Below the pieces are notes generated by a model. It did no database searches. It worked only from the letters and a program-made list of their open reading frames with translations, and was not told where the DNA came from. A DNA stretch of 62,628 nt, counting the filler, from Candidatus Woesearchaeota archaeon (GTDB lineage: Archaea > Nanobdellota > Nanobdellia > Woesearchaeales > CG1-02-33-12): assembly GCA_018399355.1 (NCBI GenBank). It is 3 parts of 3 records of this genome, joined end to end, with 100 filler letters (N's around TTAATTAATTAA, not from the genome) between each part and the next. Parts side by side here need not be neighbours in the genome. Positions count along the whole stretch, not along the records: positions 1 to 21,505 come from JAGYOA010000012.1; 2 more parts are not named here. One strand, 5' to 3'. Every line of letters starts with the position of its first letter. Position 1 is the stretch's first letter. Below, piece by piece: positions 9,353 to 19,666 of this stretch. The position numbers and the translations under genes are program-made.

Positions 9353-10426
9353 TCAGGCTTTCTTTAATATTTTTTCATTCATGTCATGCAGGGCAACTAT
9401 AAACAAGGATTCTGACCAACCCAAAGGATTATTTTGATTATAGACATCTGAATTAGAGAAATAAAGCTCTGGAACACCTTCCTCTGTTGCTGTTCTCATG
9501 GCCATATTAAGAAATTTTTGTGCTTTCTCTTTTTTTTCCATGCGGTTGTATATTATTGAAAGCCAGCTTAATCCGAAAGTCCATTCTGCTTCCTCACTGT
9601 ATCCATCAGGATTTTTATTGTAATAATGGTCATTCTTGTATCTTATAACTCCTCTCTTCCTTAAAAGAAGATATTCAACATTTTTCAATATTTGGTCTCT
9701 TTGTCTTTTACTTACAATATTATAAGGGAATATCAAAGACAAAAGCGCCAAATCAACAAACTTTTTCTTTGATTCTCTTGGAAGAAGATATTTCAATGTT
9801 TCCTTGCCCTTATCTATTAATTCAACTGGAACATTTATCTCAGGAATTTTTTTTATTTCCTTTAATCCAGCAACACAGGCTCCAACAGAAGAGGCATGCA
9901 CTTCCTCATCCTCTTCCCACATTCCACTGTCCTTATCCTGCCAGTATTCAATGCTTTCAAGGTATTTTACAAGCTTATTAATTATTCTTACATGGCTTTC
10001 ATCTTTAAGCATTTTCCTTTTATGATTGTTTACTAGTCTTCCTATATTAAAAAGAATCGCTCCAATACTGTCATTCTGTTTATTTCCCCAATCTTCCCAG
10101 AATTCATCAAATGTTTCAGGGTTATACCTTGCATGGATATACTCATGCTTTTGCTGAGGTTTTTTTGATATTGCATGATCAATCTTGTATTCATGCTTTA
10201 TAAACACCTTTAACAATGCATTATATGTTTTTTCAACAGTATCCCAATCATTTATTACTTCAAAAGCCAAACATTCATAGAAATTATCTCTTAACCATGA
10301 CTTGTCATATCCTGTATCAACATCTTTTTTTGATGCAGCAAACAACCCAGAATTATACTGGAGTTTTTTAAGTATATTGAGATGCTGCTTTATTAATTCG
10401 TTATATGTGAGTCTTGGTTTTTCCAT
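9353..10426 (-). CDS. Glycoside hydrolase family 15 (glucoamylase/phosphorylase-kinase-like)
   Basis: WLRD, QNDSIG, DSGMWEE and PLGWSES motifs. Confidence 0.88.
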   Translation of the reverse strand: MEKPRLTYNELIKQHLNILKKLQYNSGLFAASKKDVDTGYDKSWLRDNFYECLAFEVINDWDTVEKTYNALLKVFIKHEYKIDHAISKKPQQKHEYIHARYNPETFDEFWEDWGNKQNDSIGAILFNIGRLVNNHKRKMLKDESHVRIINKLVKYLESIEYWQDKDSGMWEEDEEVHASSVGACVAGLKEIKKIPEINVPVELIDKGKETLKYLLPRESKKKFVDLALLSLIFPYNIVSKRQRDQILKNVEYLLLRKRGVIRYKNDHYYNKNPDGYSEEAEWTFGLSWLSIIYNRMEKKEKAQKFLNMAMRTATEEGVPELYFSNSDVYNQNNPLGWSESLFIVALHDMNEKILKKA

Positions 10427-10527
10427 TCAACTATCAATCTTTAAATTAATAAACTTGTATAAAAACATTTTGGAAAAAGCTATAAAAAAATCCAGAATAT
10501 CTAAAAAAGAAAAATAAAAGAAAAAAT

Positions 10528-10872
10528 TTATTTCTTTGTTATATGTATCAAAGAAATTAGTGCTACAACTGCTGCTGCGGGCCCTACAAAAGCTATTAGC
10601 AGTTTAAAGAAACCTACAAGGAATCCCTCTAATGCTGGTATTATTGAAAACACGTCACTTAAAGAACTAAATGTTACCATAAAAGCAATTGCTGCAATTA
10701 AGAATCTTCCTGTTTCCTTAGCTGTAACGTTCATCAACCCTACAATAAGTCCCAATACTGCCAGAACCCAAACTGCCCATGCTGGTGGTGGTGATCCTGC
10801 AAAAATAGCAATCAATATTGCTAAAATCATACCTACAACAAAGGCTATTCCTCCAATGTCTAACTTTCCCAT
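10528..10872 (-). CDS. Small multi-pass membrane protein
   Basis: Four hydrophobic helices; GGGGTGA SD. Confidence 0.75.
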   Translation of the reverse strand: MGKLDIGGIAFVVGMILAILIAIFAGSPPPAWAVWVLAVLGLIVGLMNVTAKETGRFLIAAIAFMVTFSSLSDVFSIIPALEGFLVGFFKLLIAFVGPAAAVVALISLIHITKK

Positions 10873-11028
10873 TTTTTCACCCCTCAATTTTTAATACATA
10901 GATTCTGGTATAATTAGTATAAATAAATTGCGTTTTTTAATTATAATCATAAACTAAGGTAGATAATTCTGAAAATCTTACGAAAATTTATACGAAATAC
11001 ATAAAATTTTTAAATATATCCATAAACT

Positions 11029-12231
11029 ATGTTTTTATATATCCTTTTTGCGATATTAATTGGGGTTTTGTGCGGGATTTTCACAGGCCTAATCCCTGGA
11101 ATACACATCAACCTAATTTCTGTCTTGCTTTTGAGTTTTTCCCCTTTTTTATTGCAGTACACCAATGTTGTTTCACTTTGCTGCTTTGTCATAGCAATGT
11201 CTGTAACCCACAGCTTTCTCGATGCAATTCCCTCAATATTTTTGGGAGCTCCTGATTCAGACATGGCCTTGGGTGTTTTACCAGGCCACAGGTATTTATT
11301 AAAAGGCCTTGGAATGACAGCATTAAAATTAACAGTTGTTGGCTCTTTTGGGGCCTTGATTTTTAGTGTTTTGATTTTCTTTGCATTGATACCCTTTGTA
11401 AGGTTTTTATATCCCTATATTGAGAATTACATTGTTTTTGTGCTTATTGCAGTTGTTTTTTTCATGATTTTAAGGGATAGAAAAAGATTGTGGGCTTTTT
11501 TTGTCTTCATGCTTTCAGGGGTTTTTGGAATTGTTGTTTTGAACATGCCTAATTTTGAGAATCCTCTTTTTCCACTTTTTTCTGGATTGTTTGGAACATC
11601 AACATTGATTTTAAGTTTATCAGACAATGAAAAAATTCCAAAGCAAGCTGAAAAACAATACCTTAAAGTTAAAAACTCCACTGTGTTGAAGGCATTGCTT
11701 TCAGGAAACTTTTCAGGTTTTGTAACAGCTGTAATGCCTGGATTAGGAGCGTCAACTGCTGCTGTGATGTCAATGCAGATAACAAAAAACCTTAAAGAAG
11801 ACGGATTTATGATACTTATGGGTTCTATAAATACTTTTAACTTTATTCTTTCAATTGTAACTTTTTATGTTATAAATAAGGCAAGAAACGGCTCAATAAT
11901 CGCTGTGCAAAAGCTTATTGGCTCAGTTTCAATTAATCAGATAGTTGTTTTTTTATGCTCTGCCCTTATAGCAGGCTCGCTTTCTGTTTTTTTGGCTATT
12001 TTTTTGGCTAAGGTATTTTCAAGGATTATAAGCGTTTTAAGCTACCGCAAGATTGTTTTATTTGTGATTGCATTGATAACTGCTCTTGTTTTGTTTTTGA
12101 CAGGACCATTAGGTTTTTTAATACTTTTGACAAGTACTTCAATTGGTATGATAGCGCCCATAATAAAAACCTCAAGAACTCATGCAATGGGATGTTTGTT
12201 ATTGCCAGTTATATTTTATTTTTTGCTTTGA
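11029..12231 (+). CDS. TctA/DUF112 family membrane protein
   Basis: GLIPGIH.N and IPSIFLGAPD...LPGH motifs; polytopic. Confidence 0.88.
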   Translation: MFLYILFAILIGVLCGIFTGLIPGIHINLISVLLLSFSPFLLQYTNVVSLCCFVIAMSVTHSFLDAIPSIFLGAPDSDMALGVLPGHRYLLKGLGMTALKLTVVGSFGALIFSVLIFFALIPFVRFLYPYIENYIVFVLIAVVFFMILRDRKRLWAFFVFMLSGVFGIVVLNMPNFENPLFPLFSGLFGTSTLILSLSDNEKIPKQAEKQYLKVKNSTVLKALLSGNFSGFVTAVMPGLGASTAAVMSMQITKNLKEDGFMILMGSINTFNFILSIVTFYVINKARNGSIIAVQKLIGSVSINQIVVFLCSALIAGSLSVFLAIFLAKVFSRIISVLSYRKIVLFVIALITALVLFLTGPLGFLILLTSTSIGMIAPIIKTSRTHAMGCLLLPVIFYFLL

Positions 12232-12279
12232 TTCCAAAAGCTTTTTAAATAAGCCAGATTTTCTCTTTGAAGTGAGATT

Positions 12280-12537
12280 ATGGAAGGAATAATATCTAGT
12301 TTCAGGGGAGGAAGACACACCCAGTACGGCAACCAGATGATTTTGTTAGTTGATGGTGTTGATTCCAAGGAAAAGGCAGAAAAATTAGTTGACAAGAAAG
12401 TTGTATGGTCAAGTTCTTCTGGAAAGCAGATAAATGGAAAAGTAAGAGCTGTTCACGGTGGAAAAGGTGCTGTCAGAGTTCTTTTTGAAAAAGGAATGCC
12501 TGGCCAAAGCATAGGCCAGAAAGCTAAAATTGAATAA
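12280..12537 (+). CDS. rpl35ae: 50S ribosomal protein L35Ae
   Basis: FRGGRHTQ..NQ and HG.KG.VRV.F..GMPGQ motifs. Confidence 0.93.
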   Translation: MEGIISSFRGGRHTQYGNQMILLVDGVDSKEKAEKLVDKKVVWSSSSGKQINGKVRAVHGGKGAVRVLFEKGMPGQSIGQKAKIE

Positions 12538-12539
12538 TT

Positions 12540-12890
12540 CTAAAATTGTTTTTTAAAACCATAAAATAAAGCTATTAGTCCTATAGCAATTATTATTCCT
12601 GAATAATACATTCCTGAACTTGGAATTGTGCTTGGTATCCAATCAATGCTTACTAAAAAAGGAATTAATCCTCCAAAGATAATCAATATTCCAAGAACAG
12701 CTACAATAAACTTTTGGGAACCCCATAATCCTAATGCCTTTATTCCATACCACAATGCAATTAATCCAATAATCACAATTATTCCTGAATAAATCGGGCC
12801 CGATGATGGAATAATTCCAAAGCCATTAAAAAAAGGCAGCACTCCGGCCATTATAGTCAAAAGCCCAATAAACACAATCATTATTTTCAT
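12540..12890 (-). CDS. Small membrane protein with internal duplication
   Basis: Two repeats of G.LP...IPSSG..YSGII..IGLIAL.YG. Confidence 0.7.
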   Translation of the reverse strand: MKIMIVFIGLLTIMAGVLPFFNGFGIIPSSGPIYSGIIVIIGLIALWYGIKALGLWGSQKFIVAVLGILIIFGGLIPFLVSIDWIPSTIPSSGMYYSGIIIAIGLIALFYGFKKQF

Positions 12891-12908
12891 ATTATCACCC
12901 TTTAAATC

Positions 12909-14180
12909 TTATCCTCTTCTTATTTTAGTATATTCTTGTTTATATTTAATGCTTATATCATAAAGCAGTTTTTTAATTTGTTCATTTCTTTTAACAATAT
13001 CTCTTCTTTTTTGCATAAGGTTCGTACGCATCTTTTCTTCATATGCTATTTCCCCCTCTGTCTCTTTTATATCTTTCTCAAGCTTTTCTTGTTTTTTATA
13101 GTCTATTGATGCCCATGTTCCATCTTTTTTATTCGGAACACTACCCCAACCTGGATTTTTAATGTCTTTATAATCATGTTGTGTGTTGTATATTTCACGT
13201 TTTAAATCTTCCCGTAATCCCTTAAGTGTCTTTATTTCATCAAGCCATCCATCTAATTCATCATCTATTTGTTTTATAATTTTTTGATTTTCATATCTCT
13301 CTGCTTTTAATCTTCTTATCTCTAACCTTGTCTTATCTGCTATTTCCTTTAAGAACTCTTGTTTTTCCTTGTTTTCCTGTTTTTCTATTTGTTCATTTTC
13401 ATTTTTTATTTCATTTTTTATTTCATTTTCAATATTGTTTGCTTTTTTATCTTTTCCTTCTCTCCTGAGATTTTTTATTTTTTCTCTATCTCTCTGTCTA
13501 TCCTTCTTAAGTTTATCAATGCTTTTTCTTAATTTATTTTTATCCCCGCCTGTATTAAATGGTCTTTCTGGCCTCCTAGAAGGCTCTCTTGCATACTTGC
13601 TTTTTCCTCCAAGGGCCCTCATCAAGCATGCAACTCCGAGAACTATTGAAACAACACGGCCCCATGGAGCTATTACTTCAAGGGTTTCCTGTATTTTTGG
13701 AAATTCATAAAGCTGAAGATTTGCAAGCTGGTGGAAGCACCATGCTATGAAAAAATAAAACAGGCCCCAGATAATTCCATATGACTTATGTTCAGTTATC
13801 GGAAAGTACTTATTCAAAATGAAAAGTGTTGCCCCAATGACAAACAAGACAAGAAACACAAGGCCAAGTATTCCATATGCCTGCCCAATATAATGAATAT
13901 ACTCATTTGGTATGAATCTTATGGATATAAGTGAAAATACCATTGAAAATATTGTTGCTATTCCCTTCTTGTCAAACATCTTTGATGCAACACCAAAAAC
14001 AATTGCAAACAATATTACCCATATTCCAGCTTTTAGGAATAATATAGATCCATCATCTCCAGGGCTTCCAAAGAAAAAGTTAAGAATGTTGAAAACCACT
14101 TCAGGATTTATTGGCAGTACAAATACTGTTGGCACAAAAAAAAGAAAACTAAAGCAACCTCTTTTTTCATTTAAAAGCAT
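12909..14180 (-). CDS. Membrane protein with long C-terminal coiled coil
   Basis: About five TM helices followed by a K/E-rich coiled coil. Confidence 0.7.
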   Translation of the reverse strand: MLLNEKRGCFSFLFFVPTVFVLPINPEVVFNILNFFFGSPGDDGSILFLKAGIWVILFAIVFGVASKMFDKKGIATIFSMVFSLISIRFIPNEYIHYIGQAYGILGLVFLVLFVIGATLFILNKYFPITEHKSYGIIWGLFYFFIAWCFHQLANLQLYEFPKIQETLEVIAPWGRVVSIVLGVACLMRALGGKSKYAREPSRRPERPFNTGGDKNKLRKSIDKLKKDRQRDREKIKNLRREGKDKKANNIENEIKNEIKNENEQIEKQENKEKQEFLKEIADKTRLEIRRLKAERYENQKIIKQIDDELDGWLDEIKTLKGLREDLKREIYNTQHDYKDIKNPGWGSVPNKKDGTWASIDYKKQEKLEKDIKETEGEIAYEEKMRTNLMQKRRDIVKRNEQIKKLLYDISIKYKQEYTKIRRG

Positions 14181-14286
14181 TTTACATTAATTTTGCCTGT
14201 AATATATTTAAATCTTTCTGTTGTTTAAAATTAAAATTTAAATCAAAAGGTTTTTATAATAGTATTAAATCTCTTTTTAAGTTAAA

Positions 14287-14583
14287 ATGGTAAGCAAAAT
14301 AGGTGGTTTTAGGAGGAAAACAAGGAATAAACTCCTTAAGCCAAGAAGAAGAAAAGGAAAAATAAGCATCAGCAACTTTTTCCAAGACTTTAAGGAAGGA
14401 GAAAGAGTAATCTTAAAAGCAGAGCCAGCTGTGCAGAAAGGAATGTACTTTCCAAGGTTTCATGGAAAATTAGGAATAGTAACAAAGAAAGTTGGAAAAT
14501 GCTACCAAATCTCAATCAAGGATGGAAAAAATATAAAGCAGCCAGTAGTTCATCCTGTTCATCTTAAAAAATCCAAGGTTTAA
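14287..14583 (+). CDS. rpl21e: 50S ribosomal protein L21e
   Basis: RRKTR, PRFHGK.G and HPVHLK motifs. Confidence 0.95.
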   Translation: MVSKIGGFRRKTRNKLLKPRRRKGKISISNFFQDFKEGERVILKAEPAVQKGMYFPRFHGKLGIVTKKVGKCYQISIKDGKNIKQPVVHPVHLKKSKV

Positions 14584-14585
14584 AA

Positions 14586-14942
14586 ATGGTAAATCCTGAA
14601 ATATTGTCGGAACAGCCAATCACAATGGTTGAGCTTAAAGAAGAAATTGATAAAATAAAAAAACGAGATAAAGAGCTTAATTTCAGGGTTGGAAAGACAG
14701 AAGAATATCTAAGCCATTTCAAAATACTGAGCAAGGCCAAGCACGATGAATTAATAAAAAAGATAGAGGGCCTTAATATTCCAAGACTAAAAGATGTCCA
14801 CATAAAAAAGATGGTTGATTTGATGCCAAGGACAGTTGATGATGTAAAAGTAATTCTACAAGGGTATGCCTTGACAATCAGCAATGATAACGTGAAAAAA
14901 ATTGCGGGAATTGTTGATGAGTTTGCTGAAAAAAATAACTAA
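14586..14942 (+). CDS. rpo4: RNA polymerase subunit Rpo4 (RpoF)
   Basis: Conserved rpl21e-rpoF-DUF655 order; K.VDLMP.T.DDVK.IL motif. Confidence 0.85.
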   Translation: MVNPEILSEQPITMVELKEEIDKIKKRDKELNFRVGKTEEYLSHFKILSKAKHDELIKKIEGLNIPRLKDVHIKKMVDLMPRTVDDVKVILQGYALTISNDNVKKIAGIVDEFAEKNN

Positions 14943-15015
14943 CTTAAATTCTTTTTAAGATAAACAATCTTAAAAAACAAAAATATATAAATGAGGTAAA
15001 CAAAAGAATAATAAA

Positions 15016-15576
15016 ATGGAAAGGCACGAAAGGGAGGAATATGCAACTGTGCTTGATTTTTTGCCAAACGGATACCCGTTTGACTCAAGGCCAAGCCACC
15101 AGAAGACTGCAATAGCCCAGGCTATAGGCAAAAAACATTTCGTTCTTTTAGAGCTTGTCCCAAAAAAAGAAGTATTTCTGCAGCCAAATGAGGATGTTTA
15201 CATAGGACAGGATAAAAGGGACAAGATACACCATATTAATGGAAAGCTTCAGTTCTCAAAGCTAACCCGAACTGCAAAATCAGAGCTTGATTTTGTTGTT
15301 AAAAGTATAGTTGAGAACTATGAGCAGAGGTTTGTTGATTTCTTTAACAATGCCCAGCCTTTAAGCACTAGAATGCACTCAATAGAGCTCTTGCCCGGCA
15401 TGGGAAAGAAGAGGATGTGGGAGATACTTGATGAAAGAAAAGTAGAGCCATTCAAGAGCTTTGATGATATGAAAAAAAGAGTAAGGCTGATGCCTGATCC
15501 AAAGGCAGCAGTTATAAAGAGAATTATGAAGGAACTTGAAGGAAAGGAAAAGCACTCTCTTTTTGTTGATGTTTAA
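15016..15576 (+). CDS. DUF655 RNA-binding protein
   Basis: EEYA.VLDFLP.G and RMHSIELLPGMGKK motifs. Confidence 0.92.
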   Translation: MERHEREEYATVLDFLPNGYPFDSRPSHQKTAIAQAIGKKHFVLLELVPKKEVFLQPNEDVYIGQDKRDKIHHINGKLQFSKLTRTAKSELDFVVKSIVENYEQRFVDFFNNAQPLSTRMHSIELLPGMGKKRMWEILDERKVEPFKSFDDMKKRVRLMPDPKAAVIKRIMKELEGKEKHSLFVDV

Positions 15577-15578
15577 TT

Positions 15579-15767
15579 TTACTCATTCTGACTGAAAAGC
15601 CATATTGCAAAAAGGTAAGATAAAGACAAGCTAATAATAAAAGGAATTATTATTGAGTAAATATCTATTGGCTGGAATATAAAATAAAGAATTAAAAAGA
15701 AGATTATGAAAAAGAATATGATATTTTTCATAAGGCTCGGGCCCCTCTTTTTATTGTCTTTTTTCAT
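15579..15767 (-). CDS. Small membrane protein
   Basis: Basic N-terminus plus two hydrophobic segments. Confidence 0.45.
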   Translation of the reverse strand: MKKDNKKRGPSLMKNIIFFFIIFFLILYFIFQPIDIYSIIIPFIISLSLSYLFAIWLFSQNE

Positions 15768-15863
15768 TATAGTTCATTGTTTTATAATTCATATTTAAAA
15801 CCATCGAAAACTTTAAATATACACAACAATATATTAAACAGATTAACATTATAGGGTGATAAA

Positions 15864-16061
15864 ATGAGTGAAAAAACAAAAGAAACAATAGGAAAATATT
15901 TTAAAATTTTATTCGGTCTGCTTTTAATTGTAGTCGGAGTAAGCACATATGCAACATGGGGAAAGTGGTGGCCAGAGCTTCTTATCTTAATAAAAGGAAG
16001 CTTAGGTATATTTGTTGCTTTTGTGGGCCTTATGTTTATGTTTATAGGCTTTTCAGATTAA
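15864..16061 (+). CDS. Small membrane protein
   Basis: GGGTGA SD; two TM helices. Confidence 0.7.
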   Translation: MSEKTKETIGKYFKILFGLLLIVVGVSTYATWGKWWPELLILIKGSLGIFVAFVGLMFMFIGFSD

Positions 16062-16066
16062 TTTTT

Positions 16067-17377
16067 TTATTCTTTTATTATTCCGTGGCCGATTAAACGC
16101 CATCTTGTGCCGACTCTTCTGGATATAGATACCCTTGAGTTAACTTCGGCGCAAACAGGTATTTTAAGAGCGCAATTTACTAAACCTTTTTTTATTTCAT
16201 TGACAAATCCAACTGTTGCAGCAGAATTAACATTAAGCATTAGTATCTCATTTAATTTTATTTTTTCAACTGAAATGTCCTGCTTTAACCCAACAACCCT
16301 TTTAAGAAGATGAGTTTCAAGTTTTAAGCTATACCAAACATTAGGGAGCTTTCCCTTTAACCCAACAACAGAGCCAGATAAGCTGTCTGACTTTACAATC
16401 GCAGGGTCAAGCAAAGTCATTATTCCCACTGAACCGCCTGGCAAAATTTCCTTTACATCACATCCGCCGGTCATTAAACCTGTTATTTTTGTTGTCATTG
16501 GTTCCCATAAAACCTTTCCTCCCTTATCAATTTTTCTTCCCGGCTTTATTTCTATTTCTTCACCAACAGAAAGCTTTCCTTGCTTTAAAGATCCTCCGAG
16601 AACACCCCCCCTTATTTTAAGAGGGTCAGAGCCAGGAGAATTTATGTCAAAAGACCTTGCAACAAAAAACATAGGGTTTTTTGAAGCATCTCTTTCAGGG
16701 ACTTTGAAATAATCAAGCATTGTTTTTATCAATAAGTCAATATTTGTTTGATGTTGGGCAGAGATTGGAATTATAGGAGAGTTTTCATAAGATGTTCCTT
16801 TTATGAATTCCTTTATTTCATTGTAATTCTTAAGAACCTGCTCATCTGAAACAATATCAATCTTGTTTTGCACAATTATAATGTTTTTTATTCCTGATAT
16901 TTCCAAAGCCATTAAGTGCTCTCTTGTCTGCGGCTGGGGACATTCCTCATTTGCAGCTATTAAAAGAAGAGCATAGTCAATTATCGTTGCTCCGGAGAGC
17001 ATTGTTGCCATAAGGCTTTCATGACCAGGAGCATCAACAAATGACACCTTTAACAATGGATTTGTTTCAGATTTGCATTTATTGCATTTTTTTGAAACAT
17101 TATAGCATTCAGGATCATTACATTTTGAGCATTTTCTGAAAACAGAATCAGCATAACCTAATCTGATTGTAATACCTCTTTTCATTTCTTCAGAATGAGT
17201 GTCTGTCCATTTGCCTGATAAAGCGCTTACCAAAGTTGTTTTTCCGTGGTCAACATGGCCGACAAGGCCTATGTTTATCTCTGGCTGGACTGGCTCTTTT
17301 TCTTTTTTTGTTTTTGAAACTTTAACTTTAGAGCTCTTTTTTGTTTTTTCTTTTTTTGGTTTAGCAGTTCTTGGCAT
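16067..17377 (-). CDS. eif2g: Translation initiation factor 2 gamma subunit
   Basis: GHVDHGKTT, RGITIRLGY, DAPGHE, NKID, RWRLIG. Confidence 0.97.
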   Translation of the reverse strand: MPRTAKPKKEKTKKSSKVKVSKTKKEKEPVQPEINIGLVGHVDHGKTTLVSALSGKWTDTHSEEMKRGITIRLGYADSVFRKCSKCNDPECYNVSKKCNKCKSETNPLLKVSFVDAPGHESLMATMLSGATIIDYALLLIAANEECPQPQTREHLMALEISGIKNIIIVQNKIDIVSDEQVLKNYNEIKEFIKGTSYENSPIIPISAQHQTNIDLLIKTMLDYFKVPERDASKNPMFFVARSFDINSPGSDPLKIRGGVLGGSLKQGKLSVGEEIEIKPGRKIDKGGKVLWEPMTTKITGLMTGGCDVKEILPGGSVGIMTLLDPAIVKSDSLSGSVVGLKGKLPNVWYSLKLETHLLKRVVGLKQDISVEKIKLNEILMLNVNSAATVGFVNEIKKGLVNCALKIPVCAEVNSRVSISRRVGTRWRLIGHGIIKE

Positions 17378-17380
17378 TTT

Positions 17381-17905
17381 TTATTTTTTTTCCTCTTTTT
17401 TATCTTTTGCTAAGTCTTCTGCTTTTGGAACATCTTTTTTTGTCTCTCGTTTTTTCTCTTCAGGCTTGCTTTCCTGTTTTTTCTCAGTTTTTTCTTGTGA
17501 TGGCTTTTCTTTTTCAGCAGGGTTTTCCTCTGTTTTTTCTTTTTCTACTTTAACTTGCTTTCCTCCCAAAACTTTCACATTTATCTGGGATATTTTTGCG
17601 TGTATTGTATTTCCACATACAGTTTTTCTTTGTTTTATTCCTTTTTCCTTTTTCTTTAAACCAACACCACCTACAGCAAGAATCTTTTTTCTTGCTGTTC
17701 CGCGGACATCTTTTCTCATAGGAAAGCCGCAATCATCAGAACCGCCGGTTATTTCAACTTCAATATTCCCCATATCAAGAAAATCAGCCTTTAGCTTGTC
17801 TCCTATCTTTAGCCCAAGAAATTTTCTTGCGTCTTCATCCTTTAGCTCTTTTTGATATGTTTTTCCGTTAGTAACATCTGAAACTACAATCTTAAAATCA
17901 ACCAT
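17381..17905 (-). CDS. rps6e: 30S ribosomal protein S6e with charged C-terminal extension
   Basis: ITGGSD..GFPMR.DV.G and RKTV.GN.I motifs; GGAGG SD. Confidence 0.95.
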   Translation of the reverse strand: MVDFKIVVSDVTNGKTYQKELKDEDARKFLGLKIGDKLKADFLDMGNIEVEITGGSDDCGFPMRKDVRGTARKKILAVGGVGLKKKEKGIKQRKTVCGNTIHAKISQINVKVLGGKQVKVEKEKTEENPAEKEKPSQEKTEKKQESKPEEKKRETKKDVPKAEDLAKDKKEEKK

Positions 17906-17994
17906 TTTTAAACCCTCCAAAAATTATTATTTACAATAATAGAATTTATGCCTTATATATAAAGTTTTGTGAAAATAAACAAAAATAATAAAAA

Positions 17995-19059
17995 TTATTT
18001 TAGGACATCTATTCCAAGATCTTCATTAAAACCTGAACTCTGAACTCTTTTTTCAGATTCCTTTCCCATTATCCAGGGTGAGTGTACTCCTGTCATTATT
18101 GTCATCACAGTAAGCTTTCCTTTCATATCATCATCAATCCTTGCTCCCCAAATAACATTTGCGTCCTGGTCCATTGATTCTGTTACTAGCTCACCTACTC
18201 TGTTTACTTCATCCAGAGTTAAGTCATTGCCACCTGATATATGGATTAATGCTCCTGTTGCACCTTCATAGCTTATGTCAAGCAAAGGATTGGCCAAAGC
18301 TCCTCTTACTGCCTCATCAACCCTGTTTGCTGTGTCAGAAGCTCCTACTCCGATTGCAGCTACTCCTCCGTTGTTCATAATTGCTTTAACATCAGCATAA
18401 TCAAGGTTAACTAATGATGGAACAGCTATTGTTTCTACTATACCTTTTATCATTGTTGCAATAAGCTCGTTTGCAACTGCAAAAGCCTGCTGTACAGGAA
18501 GGTTTCCTGCAATATTTACCAGCCTGTTATTGTCTATAACAATTACTGTGTCTGCATGCTGCCTTAGCTGCTGCAATCCAAACTCTGCCTTGTCAACCCT
18601 TGCGCGCTCTATATTGAATGGCATAGTTACTGTTCCAATTACAATTGCTCCGCATTCTTTTGCAACTTTTGCTATTGTTGGAGCAGATCCTGTTCCAGTT
18701 CCTCCACCCATTCCTGCGCATACAAATATCATATCAACATCTTTCAGGGAGTCTTTTATCTCGTTAATGGATTCATTTGCTGACTCTGCACCTTTTTTTG
18801 GAAATCCACCACATCCCAATCCCCGGGTTACATTTCTTCCTAGAAGTATTTTGTGGTCTGATTCAGAGATATCAAGATGCTGCTGGTCTGTGTTTGCAGC
18901 TATAATCTCAGCACCTTTTATTCCTTTTCTGTAAAGCCAAGAGACCATGTTGTTTCCTGCGCCTCCTGTTCCAAAAACCTTTATGTTGGCTTGCCCTACT
19001 ACCTGTCCGCTTAAGTTTTGTTCAGAATTCTTCAAAGCATTTTCGACAATAAAATCCAT
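17995..19059 (-). CDS. ftsZ: Cell division protein FtsZ
   Basis: GGAGNN, GMGGGTGTG tubulin signature, NLDYADV. Confidence 0.98.
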   Translation of the reverse strand: MDFIVENALKNSEQNLSGQVVGQANIKVFGTGGAGNNMVSWLYRKGIKGAEIIAANTDQQHLDISESDHKILLGRNVTRGLGCGGFPKKGAESANESINEIKDSLKDVDMIFVCAGMGGGTGTGSAPTIAKVAKECGAIVIGTVTMPFNIERARVDKAEFGLQQLRQHADTVIVIDNNRLVNIAGNLPVQQAFAVANELIATMIKGIVETIAVPSLVNLDYADVKAIMNNGGVAAIGVGASDTANRVDEAVRGALANPLLDISYEGATGALIHISGGNDLTLDEVNRVGELVTESMDQDANVIWGARIDDDMKGKLTVMTIMTGVHSPWIMGKESEKRVQSSGFNEDLGIDVLK

Positions 19060-19255
19060 CTTTTTACCTCCTTTTAATATCCAAAATTGTATACTGATAT
19101 ATTATAAACTCATCTTATATATAAATATTTCGTTTTTGTATATCGTTCTCGTCGAGAGACACTTAAACTATTTTAATTTGGTTTTGTAATACATGGTTAT
19201 ACAAAAAGCAAGATTTATATACTGGTATAATCTACTGAACTAACTGGGGGTGTAA

Positions 19256-19666
19256 ATGGTAATACTTTTTGATAGATTTAACATGCCAGATAACATATTT
19301 GATGTTATATTCGCCACAAAACAGCAGAAGATTGTTGCAGAGCTTTTAATACAGCATATGAAGGAAAATGGCGGCGAAATAGGAAAGTCAGAGATGTCGC
19401 TTTTTGCTACAAAGCTGCATGAAGGAAATCTTGTGGCAGAAATAAATGAGCCCCAGTACAAAGGAAAAAAAGTTAAGCTTTCTTACAACAAAAGGCAGTT
19501 TTATGACAGAATTCTTACACCTATGAAAAGCATGGGATTAATTTATTATGATTTGTATAAAAAAACATACAAGCTTTCAGAGTCCTTTAATAAAGAAATT
19601 GTTAGAGTTGGGCTTTTGTGGCTTAAAGAACTTAGAAAACCTCCTCTTAATATTAAGAAAAGCTAA
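19256..19666 (+). CDS. Hypothetical winged-helix-like protein divergent from ftsZ
   Basis: GGGGGTG SD; FYDRILTPMKSMGLIYYD...TYKLS resembles a wHTH wing. Confidence 0.65.
   Translation: MVILFDRFNMPDNIFDVIFATKQQKIVAELLIQHMKENGGEIGKSEMSLFATKLHEGNLVAEINEPQYKGKKVKLSYNKRQFYDRILTPMKSMGLIYYDLYKKTYKLSESFNKEIVRVGLLWLKELRKPPLNIKKS

Noticed and set aside
17199..17855. 218-aa + strand ORF, and similar antisense ORFs such as 28902-29714, 13369-13710 and 47932-48543
   Set aside because: Phe/Ser-rich shadows of Lys/Glu-rich genes on the opposite strand.
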